Origin: Gammaproteobacteria bacterium
Lineage (GTDB): Bacteria > Pseudomonadota > Gammaproteobacteria > Poriferisulfidales > Poriferisulfidaceae
Direction of reading: 5' to 3'
Length of the DNA stretch: 64,000 bases
Assembly: GCA_026713705.1 (NCBI GenBank)
Contig: JAPONY010000055.1
Location: 3,227-67,226 of the forward strand
How positions within the stretch are numbered: position 1 is the stretch's first letter; every line of letters starts with the position of its first letter. The position numbers and the translations under genes were made by a program. Positions 47,652 through 56,507 of the stretch are shown here, one piece after another. The notes beneath the pieces were generated by a model. That model saw only the letters and a program-made list of their open reading frames with translations. It was not told where the DNA came from and searched no databases.

Positions 47652-47676
47652 GGGCCGTGTAGGGCCGCCCAGCCTT
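47652..47676 (+). promoter_or_regulatory. GC-rich hairpin in 5' leader of the main T4SS operon
   Basis: GGGCCGCCC-agcctta-GGGCGGCCC, a perfect 9-bp stem 35 nt upstream of the 47711 start. No U-tract follows. Confidence 0.35.
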
Positions 47677-47710
47677 AGGGCGGCCCTCAACTCCGCCCGG
47701 AGGCCTAAGA

Positions 47711-48124
47711 ATGAGACATGCTGAATGGCTGATTGGCACAACTGCGGCATTACTAGTGGCAGGGTGCGAGATGTTGCACTATGCGGTTCCGGTTTCGCAG
47801 CCCCGGGAACTGAGTCACATCCCGCGGCCAGGGTTGATTGACCATTCGGCATCTTCAAGGCTGACTCCCGACTATCTAGTGCGCCCGGACATGGGCGAGA
47901 GGCAGGTTCTTGGGCAACTTCTGCACGAATTGCAATTAGCCCGACACCTGATTGACGATGCTTACGAGCGCCGCGATGAGCGTGCTCGAGTGCGGGTGGA
48001 CTACGTGCGCTTAGCGGACGAATTCGACCGGATCGTGATCGGTTTGAGGCGCACTCTAACGGTGGCCGAAACGACACCGCGCGATCGCATGGACATCACC
48101 GGAGACTATCAATTGTATGAGTGA
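47711..48124 (+). CDS. ICE RAQPRD-family conjugative-transfer lipoprotein
   Basis: Lipobox (LLVAGC). Pattern L..L..ARHLIDDAYERRDERARVRVDY.RLADEFDRIVIGLRR....ETTPRDRMDITGDY matches the RAQPRD family consensus layout. Confidence 0.55.
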   Translation: MRHAEWLIGTTAALLVAGCEMLHYAVPVSQPRELSHIPRPGLIDHSASSRLTPDYLVRPDMGERQVLGQLLHELQLARHLIDDAYERRDERARVRVDYVRLADEFDRIVIGLRRTLTVAETTPRDRMDITGDYQLYE

Positions 48125-48356
48125 TTCCATGCTTGGTCAGTTCGAGGTAACTTCCGGCATCTCGGGCGAAGTTCTGGCGGAAATAACTGCTGCGACTTGC
48201 CTGCTAGTCGTGACTCTTTGGGTGTCGTGGGTGGCCGTCTCTAGTCTGCGGCAGTTACGTGACGAGACCTTAGCAGTCGGCGAAGTCGCCACTCGAATCC
48301 TGTGGGCCGGCTTGATGTTTTGCATGGTGGTCGCCCTGATTGCCTTTGTGGAGTAA
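48117..48356 (+). CDS. ICE small inner-membrane protein (PFL_4701/TIGR03758-like)
   Basis: 79 aa, two TM helices. Position and size match the small membrane proteins of GI-type T4SS. Confidence 0.4.
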   Translation: MSDSMLGQFEVTSGISGEVLAEITAATCLLVVTLWVSWVAVSSLRQLRDETLAVGEVATRILWAGLMFCMVVALIAFVE

Positions 48357-48359
48357 ATC

Positions 48360-48710
48360 ATGAGGAAACTTATTCTTGTTTTAGCGTGTGCTCTAGCGCT
48401 TCATCCGCGCTGGGGAATTGCTGTAAACACACTGGATTTGCCTGTCTTCGACGGTATTGCCGCTGATGCGACCGATCCCTTTTCATTTATTAAGTCCGTT
48501 GCGATCACAGGTATGGCTTTGGTGTTCGGCTTTCTTGTGGTGGGTGCCTTCCTCGGCTACGGCGGCGGTCTGATCGCAAAACTTAACCAAGCGCGCGTTA
48601 AGGGGGACTGGGGAAGCCTTGGAATTTACTTGGGCACCGGTTTGCTGGTCGTGATCATCATTGCCCTGATGGGCTACATGGGGGGGCAGATTCTGTCCGA
48701 CTTCGAATGA
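48360..48710 (+). CDS. ICE pilin-like membrane protein (TrbC/VirB2-like; PFL_4702/TIGR03745-like)
   Basis: Signal peptide plus two hydrophobic helices with a Gly-rich region (AFLGYGGGLIAKL). 116 aa. Confidence 0.45.
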   Translation: MRKLILVLACALALHPRWGIAVNTLDLPVFDGIAADATDPFSFIKSVAITGMALVFGFLVVGAFLGYGGGLIAKLNQARVKGDWGSLGIYLGTGLLVVIIIALMGYMGGQILSDFE

Positions 48711-49030
48711 CGCGCCCAGCTTCTCCACTCGGTTTTGAGCCGCCGATGTTTCGAGGGCTCAGTGGCACCGAATTGACCGCGGCAATAGTGTTATCGGTGG
48801 CACCAGGCACGGTGGGGGCAGGCATATTTTGTTTGTGGACTGGTTCCCTGTTGTGGGCTCTTCCGGTGCTGGTGCTGAATGCTTTCATCACGGTGTTGCT
48901 TGCAGGCACAGCGCTGAGGCACCTCAAGCGGAACCGGCCGCCCAACTGTTATCTGCAACGCGTTGCTCGCCACTTCAGACGAAGCGCCAATATCATCTGG
49001 CGGGAAGGATCCTGGAGGGTGGAGCGGTGA
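48707..49030 (+). CDS. ICE membrane protein (VirB3-like; TIGR03750-like)
   Basis: 107 aa, two TM helices. Translationally coupled on both sides. Confidence 0.4.
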   Translation: MTRPASPLGFEPPMFRGLSGTELTAAIVLSVAPGTVGAGIFCLWTGSLLWALPVLVLNAFITVLLAGTALRHLKRNRPPNCYLQRVARHFRRSANIIWREGSWRVER

Positions 49031-49659
49031 CACCTTGTAGCTTCCGTGACGAAGAACTGAACCGCCGTCGCTATGTCCGGGCACTGCAGGTCGGTCTGGT
49101 GTTTCTGGCAGTGTCACAGTTACTTGCTTACGCCGGCTGGTGGCATGCATCCGGGACGCAACGCCTGAGTCTGCCGCCCCAATTGCGCTATGGCGCAACT
49201 CTCCATGGTGATGTGGTGCATCCATGGGAAGTGTATGTTTTCGCCGGATACATCCACCAGCAGATTAACAATTGGACCGACAATGGCGCCATTGATAATT
49301 TGGAAAATATTCAACGCTTGGCGGCATTTCTCAGTCCAGACTACCGCTTCTGGCTGACACGTGAACATCAGCGCCATGAGGCTCAGTTCCGAAACCGACA
49401 ACGCAGTGTTAGCCCGGTTCTCGGGAGTTACAGCAATGAATCCGTACATCCATTAGGACAAGACACTTGGCAGGTCATTTTGGATGTTCGCCTCCGGGAC
49501 TATCTGGAGGATCAAATCTACAAAGATATTGATGTCCGTTATTTCTTGGAGGTCGTATTGCTGGATGCTGATCCCGAAACCAATGAGTGGGGATTGGTTC
49601 TGAATCGGCAGTACCAACCTCCTGAACGTTTACGTTCTCACCTGTCGGCTCTCGAATGA
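49027..49659 (+). CDS. ICE protein (PFL_4703/TIGR03746-like), N-terminal TM
   Basis: GTG start overlapping the upstream stop (GTGA); the track ORF from 48829 overlaps the previous gene. 210 aa. Confidence 0.4.
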   Translation: MTPCSFRDEELNRRRYVRALQVGLVFLAVSQLLAYAGWWHASGTQRLSLPPQLRYGATLHGDVVHPWEVYVFAGYIHQQINNWTDNGAIDNLENIQRLAAFLSPDYRFWLTREHQRHEAQFRNRQRSVSPVLGSYSNESVHPLGQDTWQVILDVRLRDYLEDQIYKDIDVRYFLEVVLLDADPETNEWGLVLNRQYQPPERLRSHLSALE

Positions 49660-50420
49660 GGTGGTTTCTAGCACTGCTGCTGTGCTTGGCGTCATCGACG
49701 GTTCTGGCGTCGTCGTCGCGGGTCTACACTGGTGATCCGCTTCCGGTACTGCTGCCGCTTGGTAAAGAGCGGCGAATCGAAATCGAGGGCGCACAGGAAG
49801 TTCGTGTCGGATTGTCTGCGGTACTGAAGGAAAGCTTGCGTGCCGAAAGCGCTGGTCCTCATGTTTGGTTAACTGCCCGGGATGCTTTGTCCCTGCAGCG
49901 TGTATACCTCAAAACCGAGACCGAGCTGTTGGTGTTGAAAGTTCGGACGGATCCCCAGGCACCGACGGAGCCGCTGAGCATCACGGTAGATCTGAAGGGC
50001 TCCAGATCTTCTCCTTCGTTTTCACCGGACAGACAGCCAAGCTATGTGGCGCTGATGCGTTATGCCATCCAAGCCTTGTATGCGCCCGACTACCGTGAAG
50101 ATCTGGTTTCCAAAATCCGGCAGGTTCTTATCGATGAACAGCCGGTGGCCCTGTTTCGTTGTCGGGAAACATATCCGTCCGCGTGTGGGGATGCGGTCGA
50201 GTCTATTCCCCATGCTGCATGGGAGGCACTTCCTTATTACATAACCGCAGTCACGGTACGCAATCGCCTGCCTGAATCCCTGACGCTTGACCCTCGCGAT
50301 CTCCGCGGGCGATTTGCGGCATCCGCCATCGTACACCCTCGTTTGGAGGCATCTGGAAGCGTCCGAGATACGACGACTGTGGTGCTGATTTCGAGTATCC
50401 CGTTTGAGCACGCCCAATGA
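49656..50420 (+). CDS. ICE periplasmic protein with signal peptide (PFL_4704/TIGR03749-like; VirB9-like role possible)
   Basis: Signal peptide MRWFLALLLCLASSTVLA. 254 aa. Coupled starts on both sides. Confidence 0.4.
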   Translation: MRWFLALLLCLASSTVLASSSRVYTGDPLPVLLPLGKERRIEIEGAQEVRVGLSAVLKESLRAESAGPHVWLTARDALSLQRVYLKTETELLVLKVRTDPQAPTEPLSITVDLKGSRSSPSFSPDRQPSYVALMRYAIQALYAPDYREDLVSKIRQVLIDEQPVALFRCRETYPSACGDAVESIPHAAWEALPYYITAVTVRNRLPESLTLDPRDLRGRFAASAIVHPRLEASGSVRDTTTVVLISSIPFEHAQ

Positions 50421-51649
50421 ACGCGCGCAGCCCGCTGCTTAAGTTGCTTGCCGGGGTTGCCTTGTTGCTTGCACTATCGGTGACATTCCTGTCCACTTCT
50501 CCGCCACCGGCTGAGCCGGAGATTCTAGTTCCCTCCAGTCGAGAACTAGATGAAGCCGCTGAGGAAGTCCGAGCCGCGGCGACCGGCATGCGCCGCTTGG
50601 AGCAAAAGATTTCAGATCAGGCGGAACAAATCCGGGAACTGGACGAATCACTTGTTGAGTTGTCCTCCCGCGTTGAACAACTGGTGCAACACAGGCGGCG
50701 GCAAGAGGAGGCGCAGACATCCAAATCATCTCCACTCTCATCGGGCGAGGCACCCGAGAAAGGGGAAGCATTTGATCTGGACACCTTGACCTATGAGCCT
50801 CCATCCAACACGGAGGCCGAGCTTTCGACGCCTCAATTTGACTTGCCACTGACTTGGGTAGAGCCGATTGATAGTGACAGGGCGTTACAGCGCAATTTGG
50901 CGGCAGTTTCGGGCAATCTGGTCGCGGGGGAAGAGACCGATAAACCACCAAGGTTCTACATCCCGCCGTCTATCCTGTCCGGATTGTCCCTGACTGCTTT
51001 GGTTGGACGCATCCCGCGTGGCGGGGCCGTGCAGGACCCGTGGCCATTCGTCGTGGTGAGCCAAGCCGACAATTTGACGGCAAACGGCGTGCGCCTTCCT
51101 CAATTGCGTGGCATCCTGTGGCGTGGCGTCGTCCGTGGCGACGCAGTGCTGTCCTGTGCAAGCGCGTCCATCCGGAGCCTGGTCTATGTGTTCGATGATG
51201 GAACATTTCATGTTGCAAAGGCGCCAGCGCAGGAGGGTTTCGGCTATCTAGCCGATAAGTCTGGCAATCCCTGCCTGGTGGGAGAGATTCATACCACGGC
51301 CCCAGAGGATATGGGCACGCATCTGTTGGCCGGTGTTCTGGCCGGCATGGGTGGGGCTTTTGCTGAGTCTCAGGTGCGGCGCAATGTCTCCGGGGGAACC
51401 GAAACGTCTCAAGTGGAGGGAGATGCTTTCAGCTACCTGCTAGGCCAGACGGTTCAAGGTGCAGCCTCCGCATACGGCGACTATCTGCTGCGGTTTGCCA
51501 ACGATACTTGGGATGCAGTGGTAGTCCCGGCCGGTCGCGAAGTGGACATCCATATCACGGACAGCATCCCTGTCATCCATTCACCAACCCGGACGATCTA
51601 TGACGATCCGATTCCTTCCTTGGCTGTGTCTTTTGGCGGTCTGGATTAG
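50417..51649 (+). CDS. ICE protein (PFL_4705/TIGR03752-like; VirB10-like topology: N-terminal TM, coiled coil, C-terminal beta domain)
   Basis: 410 aa. Has a TM helix, a coiled-coil segment (EEVRAAATGMRRLEQKISDQAEQIRELDESLVELSSRVEQL), a Pro/Ser-rich linker and a conserved C-terminal domain. Confidence 0.45.
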   Translation: MNARSPLLKLLAGVALLLALSVTFLSTSPPPAEPEILVPSSRELDEAAEEVRAAATGMRRLEQKISDQAEQIRELDESLVELSSRVEQLVQHRRRQEEAQTSKSSPLSSGEAPEKGEAFDLDTLTYEPPSNTEAELSTPQFDLPLTWVEPIDSDRALQRNLAAVSGNLVAGEETDKPPRFYIPPSILSGLSLTALVGRIPRGGAVQDPWPFVVVSQADNLTANGVRLPQLRGILWRGVVRGDAVLSCASASIRSLVYVFDDGTFHVAKAPAQEGFGYLADKSGNPCLVGEIHTTAPEDMGTHLLAGVLAGMGGAFAESQVRRNVSGGTETSQVEGDAFSYLLGQTVQGAASAYGDYLLRFANDTWDAVVVPAGREVDIHITDSIPVIHSPTRTIYDDPIPSLAVSFGGLD

Positions 51650-51953
51650 TGCCTGTGCTGCTCCGGCCGAACTCCCGGAAACCGCGAGCACGGTGCGTGA
51701 TCTATACCGGCAGGCTATGCCGTCTGGAACGCCTGCGCCCATGCCTCGCCCGCTGCCAGTCCAACCGGGCATGGGTAGCCCCTTCATGGCCGAAGTGGAC
51801 CGACAGTTGCGTCGAGACTTCAGGGAGTTCCCCAACCCGCGACTGATCCTGTATGTCTATCCACACCTTACAGCCGATGGAACCCCGGTTCCCGGGTATG
51901 CCACTTGGTTCAACGTCTTCGAGCGCGGCCCGACCCTGAAGGTTGTGCGTTGA
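51600..51953 (+). CDS. ICE conjugative-transfer-region lipoprotein (TIGR03751-like)
   Basis: Lipobox LLAVWISAC. 117 aa. Overlaps the upstream gene by 50 nt. Confidence 0.45.
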   Translation: MTIRFLPWLCLLAVWISACAAPAELPETASTVRDLYRQAMPSGTPAPMPRPLPVQPGMGSPFMAEVDRQLRRDFREFPNPRLILYVYPHLTADGTPVPGYATWFNVFERGPTLKVVR

Positions 51954-52079
51954 AAAGTCAAGAAAAATGAATAACAAAAAATCATCACACCCAAGGAATA
52001 GGGATCCTAGAAGAAACGGTTATTGCCCTGTTTGTCTTCGATGTGGCTTTGCCACTGTGTTTCTGCCGAGGACGGGGCC

Positions 52080-52367
52080 ATGCTGAGTATTCGCGTTTTT
52101 CAGCTCTTGGCTGTCGGGCTGTGCCTGCTTCTGATCGCGAAGTACATGCAGTTCATGCAGGCGACGGTTCGTGGGCTGGATCGTCTGATGATGCGGCGCT
52201 TCTTCGACGTGGATGGATTGACAAACGAGATTCGGGCCAGAGTGGAACGCAATGGCGGGGACCCACCAACTCGACACTCCTCGGAAGGATTCATGTGCCG
52301 CGCTGCTTATTTGTGGCTTTGTCGTCGCCTGCGGCAGGTGGCTGGCTTGGATTCTAGGGTCGACTGA
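52080..52367 (+). CDS. ICE small membrane protein
   Basis: Start uncertain (52023 or 52080). One TM helix. Its stop overlaps the TraU-like start. Confidence 0.3.
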   Translation: MLSIRVFQLLAVGLCLLLIAKYMQFMQATVRGLDRLMMRRFFDVDGLTNEIRARVERNGGDPPTRHSSEGFMCRAAYLWLCRRLRQVAGLDSRVD

Positions 52368-53473
52368 TGCGCTTTCCGGTCCTGGCCAGTTTGTTCTTGT
52401 GCAGCCTTTCTATGGCAATGGCCGAGACGTTCAGTACGGCGGACGTGGCGCGGCGTTCACTCCAATCCAACTGCTTGGACTGGAAGATAGTCGGAGTATG
52501 CCTGTGGCTTCATTGCAAATACGGGCGCTGCCGAATCAATACCACGCCACGAGTCCGACACTATTTGCCGGACTTGGTTTTCACTGCATACGACCAGACC
52601 GGGGCTCCACCTTGGACGGAACTTCGCACCCTGTTGGATTTGGATTCTCCTTTGGGAGACCTGTTGCAGGGAGGATCGTTTCCGTCCACGGATGCCTCGG
52701 ACGGTCACACCCTGCGATTCAAGGAAGTCGATGCAGTTGGGCATCCGTTCCCGCTACGGCAGAAAGTCTTCAATGTGGTCTACCTGTGCCGCTCTCAGGC
52801 CAAGCCGATGTTTCCGTACTTTGTATCTGCACTCGACCACATGGAGTGGCGAGGTGGATTGGAATCTGCACGTCCAGAGAGCCTAACCCCGGGCTTGCGT
52901 GAAATCGGCGATTGGCCAAGAAATTCGTGGGGGTCGGTCTTTCCGCGCACCGGTTTCGTGTGGCAGGCTGAAGATGTAAAGGCGGCCGCCGTGGCCGTAC
53001 AGCGCGCTGCCGACATCGTGACTCAACCGAATCAGGCCCGGGTGTACGTGCCGTTCGGCTATGACGGCCACCGCCGGGTCACGCACGGAAACCCAAATGC
53101 CCCAAACCGCGAAGCCTGCGAACGGTCAGGAGGATTGTGGCGTTCTGATTCTCCAGTTCCAGAGCCTTCCCACTGTGCATCCACGGCCCCGCTGGAGGAG
53201 TGCATGACTGCCGCACCCCCGCCGTCGCACACACAATCCGGACATTGCCGCCAGCAGGCGCAATTGGCTTGGCTGCCCTCGATCAACGAGCGCAACGCGC
53301 GCTGGCAGATGATCAGCCCGCGCACGCAGTCGCGTTGCGAAACCTTCGGATCTCCCTCGAATTGGTCGTTCGACAAGACCAGCGAAGACGGGAGTTATGC
53401 CTGGAACCTGTGGCGTCCCTACGAATGTTGCGCCCCGGGCAAAGGGAAATTCATTGGCCACAAAACTTTCTGA
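52367..53473 (+). CDS. ICE TraU-like conjugal transfer protein (PFL_4710 family), Cys-rich, secreted
   Basis: Signal peptide. Many conserved Cys residues (CLDWKIVGVCLWLHC, CC near the C-terminus). 368 aa; size and composition match TraU homologs of GI-type T4SS. Confidence 0.5.
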   Translation: MRFPVLASLFLCSLSMAMAETFSTADVARRSLQSNCLDWKIVGVCLWLHCKYGRCRINTTPRVRHYLPDLVFTAYDQTGAPPWTELRTLLDLDSPLGDLLQGGSFPSTDASDGHTLRFKEVDAVGHPFPLRQKVFNVVYLCRSQAKPMFPYFVSALDHMEWRGGLESARPESLTPGLREIGDWPRNSWGSVFPRTGFVWQAEDVKAAAVAVQRAADIVTQPNQARVYVPFGYDGHRRVTHGNPNAPNREACERSGGLWRSDSPVPEPSHCASTAPLEECMTAAPPPSHTQSGHCRQQAQLAWLPSINERNARWQMISPRTQSRCETFGSPSNWSFDKTSEDGSYAWNLWRPYECCAPGKGKFIGHKTF

Positions 53474-53533
53474 GGAGGAACCATCGTGGGCAAAAAGAAA
53501 AAATCAAAAAAGAAAGTCACTCTGGAACGCATC

Positions 53534-53722
53534 ATGGCCCAGCCGATCGCCAAGCGGCTGTATGTGTCGTTAATCCCGATTGATAACCTGCTGGGCGACA
53601 TGAGGATGGAAATCGATGAAGGAGAACGTGCCGAGGATGATTCCTACTACGTTCGAATTCAGGAATTGCGTGAAGGTTTGGTCCAGACTCTGGACGAGGT
53701 ATTACAGGACTGCGATGAGTGA
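53534..53722 (+). CDS. Small acidic hypothetical protein
   Basis: 62-78 aa; the start could be 53486 (Lys-rich N-terminus) or 53534. Its stop overlaps the TraC start. Confidence 0.3.
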   Translation: MAQPIAKRLYVSLIPIDNLLGDMRMEIDEGERAEDDSYYVRIQELREGLVQTLDEVLQDCDE

Positions 53723-56507
53723 TCGCAAGCGGAATGCGTTTGACCGCTGGCTCGCCGGACTTCGTCCGGCGTTGCCAGCGGATCCAAGACACGCGCCGAA
53801 TGCGGGAGCTAGTTGCTGGAGCGGGCAGGGCCGCCGACCTTTAACCCGGGCACAATTTGCGCGTCCGATAGCGGGGAGTAAATCCGTTTTGCAGGAGATA
53901 AGAACTTCGGCATCCTTTGCGGAGTTACTGTTCCCCAAGGCCGCACTTGGGCCGGAGATGATTCTGATGAAGGATCTATGCAGTGTCGGCCGTTTGTTCG
54001 ATCTGGCTCCCGCACATACCGAAGGAAGGCCGGACAACATTATCGAGGACCTCCACCAGCGCCTGATGCCTTTGTTGCGTGACGTATTTCCGCAAAACCA
54101 GCGCAGGCCATGGGTGGCACAGTTTTTTGTGTATGACCGCCATCACCTAGCCGACGATCTTCAGGCACTTGAGCAGTATCTAAACTCGATGACTCGGAAT
54201 TCGGTCTATTCGCAGCACTGGATGGAAGTGTTACGCGAACACTACCAAGATGCCTGTAAAAAGAATGGTTTTTTCTTTGATCCGGTTAGTCAAACGCCGT
54301 GGAAAGGGAAAATACGATGCATACGATTGTGTGTTTGGCGCATTGAGGAGCCGGGTGGGGTCCCGGATGGACAGCACCTCGACGATCTATGCGAACGCCT
54401 GACTCATTCATTAGCTCAGGTGGGCATTCGTTTGATGCCTTTGAGTGGCGAGGATCTCTGCCGTTGGCTGGATGACTGGTTCGGCCCAGCCCAAGAAGCC
54501 GCGGATACCCCCAAGGTGCCACTGGCCGCTACACCGTTGACCTTGCTAAAAGGCACGGCCTTGGGAGATTTGGCGCATCGGGCCCTGCGGCGCGGTGCTC
54601 CATGGTCCTCAGCCAGTAATAACTGCTGGTATTTCCATGGTCGTCCACATCGCTTTCTGACGGTCAACGCGATCCTAGGGGAACCACGAATCGGACACTT
54701 GACTGCTGAGCGAATGATCGGGGACCGCCGGCAGACGCTCTGGGATCAGATGCCAGAAGAGGCAATCTGGATGATGGCTGTGGTGTTTGCCCCGCAGGAT
54801 GACATTTTGGAACATGTCGCCCGTGTTAAGCGTAATGCGGTCGGCGGTGATCCGCAGGCGATGGCCATCCGCACCCTTGCAGAAGAAGCAGTGCAGCAAG
54901 TGTCCGATGGCAATCCGATCATGCCGGTGTTTAGTGGCGTCTTCATTTCAGCACCGGATGACGACATTCTGGAGCAGCGGGTCCGGGGATTGTCTGCCAC
55001 TCTAATGGCTCACGGTATTGCGTTGATTCCCCCAAGGGATGATCCCTTGGCTCAGGATTCCTATATTCGTGCACTGCCATTCAATTTCAGCCCAGAGCAA
55101 GATCAGCGCTTCTACGTACGCCGTTCCCGTCTGTGGTTCATGGATCATGTGGTGAGGTGCCTGCCGGTATACGGACGCTCCACCGGAACGCGGCATCCGG
55201 GCCTAATGGCATGGAATCGTGGCGCAGAGCCGCTGTCATTCGATCCGCTTAATCCGGTGGATAGGACCAAGAATGCGCACTTATTCGTATTCGGACCGAC
55301 TGGCTCCGGAAAAACCGCTTTTCTCGTCAATACATTACTGCATACAGTCGCAGTACACCGTCCCCGGCTGTACCTAATAACGGCATTGCCAACATTTGGC
55401 TTGCTCGCGAAACACTTCAAGTCGCAAGGCTTATCGGTGAATCATGTCAACGGAGATCGGACCTCGATTCCTCCGTTTGCAGATGCCCGATTGCTCTTGG
55501 GTGCCGGCTCGGCACCCGCCGCCGACAGGGTGGAGGACGAGGTCGAGCGTGACCTTCTGGGCGAAATGGAGATACAGGCAAGGCTGATGGTTACGGGTGG
55601 AGATCCGAAAGAAGAGCAGCGCTTCACGCGCGAGGACCTGAATCTGATTCGAAAGTCATTGTTGGCGGTCGCTAATGCTGCTGCGAATCACCCGGACACA
55701 CCAGTGTTAACCCAGAATTTGTCGGACTTGATGCACCGGGCAGCCGAATCCGGACGACTGCAGGACGACATGCTGAGCGAGGATCAGCGGCGCAGCCTGA
55801 GTCGGATGGCTAATTCGATTGAACTGTTCTGCACTGGGCAGGCGGGGGAGATATTCAACCGCCCAGGAGAAACTTGGGTCGAGTCCGATGTGACCGTGGT
55901 GGAACTGGGGGCGTTGGCGCATCGGCGCAATGAGGCGTGGTTGGCAGTGGCAATGAGTGGGCTGCTGTCCCGCATCAATGACCAAGTACAGGCTCAGCAA
56001 TATTCTGCCCGGCAGACCGTCGTGGTTCTGGACGAAGCGCATCTGCTCCTGAAGAATCCATTAATTTCTCCCTACATCCTGTCAATTTCCGCAATGTGGC
56101 GCACATATGGCGCTTGGTTGTGGATCGCAACTCAAAGCCTGCGTCAGATTCCGGAAACCGCGCGTGAACTTCTAAATCAGCCGGAGTGGTGGATTTGCAT
56201 GGCCATGGAGCAGGACGAGGTAGACATGATCGGACGATTTCGAAGGCTTGACGAAGAGCAGAAAGCGATGATTCTGTCCGCCCGCAAGGAGTCTGGCAAA
56301 TATACCGAAGGTGTGGTGATGTCCGGCAAGTTGATGACTCCGTTTCGCAATGTTGTGCCAGCGTTGTCGCTAGCCCTGAGCCAGACGGAGAAAGATGAGA
56401 AAGCGCATCGGGCCAGTCTCATGCGGCAGCACGGATGCACGGAACTTGAGGCGGTTCACCGGATCAGCGAGTCGATTCGTCAGCAACGCCAAGGGCGGGA
56501 ACCATGA
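53715..56507 (+). CDS. traC: Conjugative transfer ATPase TraC/VirB4 family (ICE PFL_4706-type)
   Basis: 930 aa. Walker A FVFGPTGSGKTAFLVNTLL, Walker B-like VVVLDEAHLLL. Size and domain order match VirB4-class ATPases of GI-type T4SS. Confidence 0.7.
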   Translation: MSDRKRNAFDRWLAGLRPALPADPRHAPNAGASCWSGQGRRPLTRAQFARPIAGSKSVLQEIRTSASFAELLFPKAALGPEMILMKDLCSVGRLFDLAPAHTEGRPDNIIEDLHQRLMPLLRDVFPQNQRRPWVAQFFVYDRHHLADDLQALEQYLNSMTRNSVYSQHWMEVLREHYQDACKKNGFFFDPVSQTPWKGKIRCIRLCVWRIEEPGGVPDGQHLDDLCERLTHSLAQVGIRLMPLSGEDLCRWLDDWFGPAQEAADTPKVPLAATPLTLLKGTALGDLAHRALRRGAPWSSASNNCWYFHGRPHRFLTVNAILGEPRIGHLTAERMIGDRRQTLWDQMPEEAIWMMAVVFAPQDDILEHVARVKRNAVGGDPQAMAIRTLAEEAVQQVSDGNPIMPVFSGVFISAPDDDILEQRVRGLSATLMAHGIALIPPRDDPLAQDSYIRALPFNFSPEQDQRFYVRRSRLWFMDHVVRCLPVYGRSTGTRHPGLMAWNRGAEPLSFDPLNPVDRTKNAHLFVFGPTGSGKTAFLVNTLLHTVAVHRPRLYLITALPTFGLLAKHFKSQGLSVNHVNGDRTSIPPFADARLLLGAGSAPAADRVEDEVERDLLGEMEIQARLMVTGGDPKEEQRFTREDLNLIRKSLLAVANAAANHPDTPVLTQNLSDLMHRAAESGRLQDDMLSEDQRRSLSRMANSIELFCTGQAGEIFNRPGETWVESDVTVVELGALAHRRNEAWLAVAMSGLLSRINDQVQAQQYSARQTVVVLDEAHLLLKNPLISPYILSISAMWRTYGAWLWIATQSLRQIPETARELLNQPEWWICMAMEQDEVDMIGRFRRLDEEQKAMILSARKESGKYTEGVVMSGKLMTPFRNVVPALSLALSQTEKDEKAHRASLMRQHGCTELEAVHRISESIRQQRQGREP

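Noticed and set aside
53486-53533. Lys-rich N-terminal extension (MGKKKKSKKK) of the small ORF before traC
   Set aside because: Probably translation of an A-rich intergenic stretch. An internal ATG at 53534 is the more conservative start, and the gene itself is of uncertain reality.
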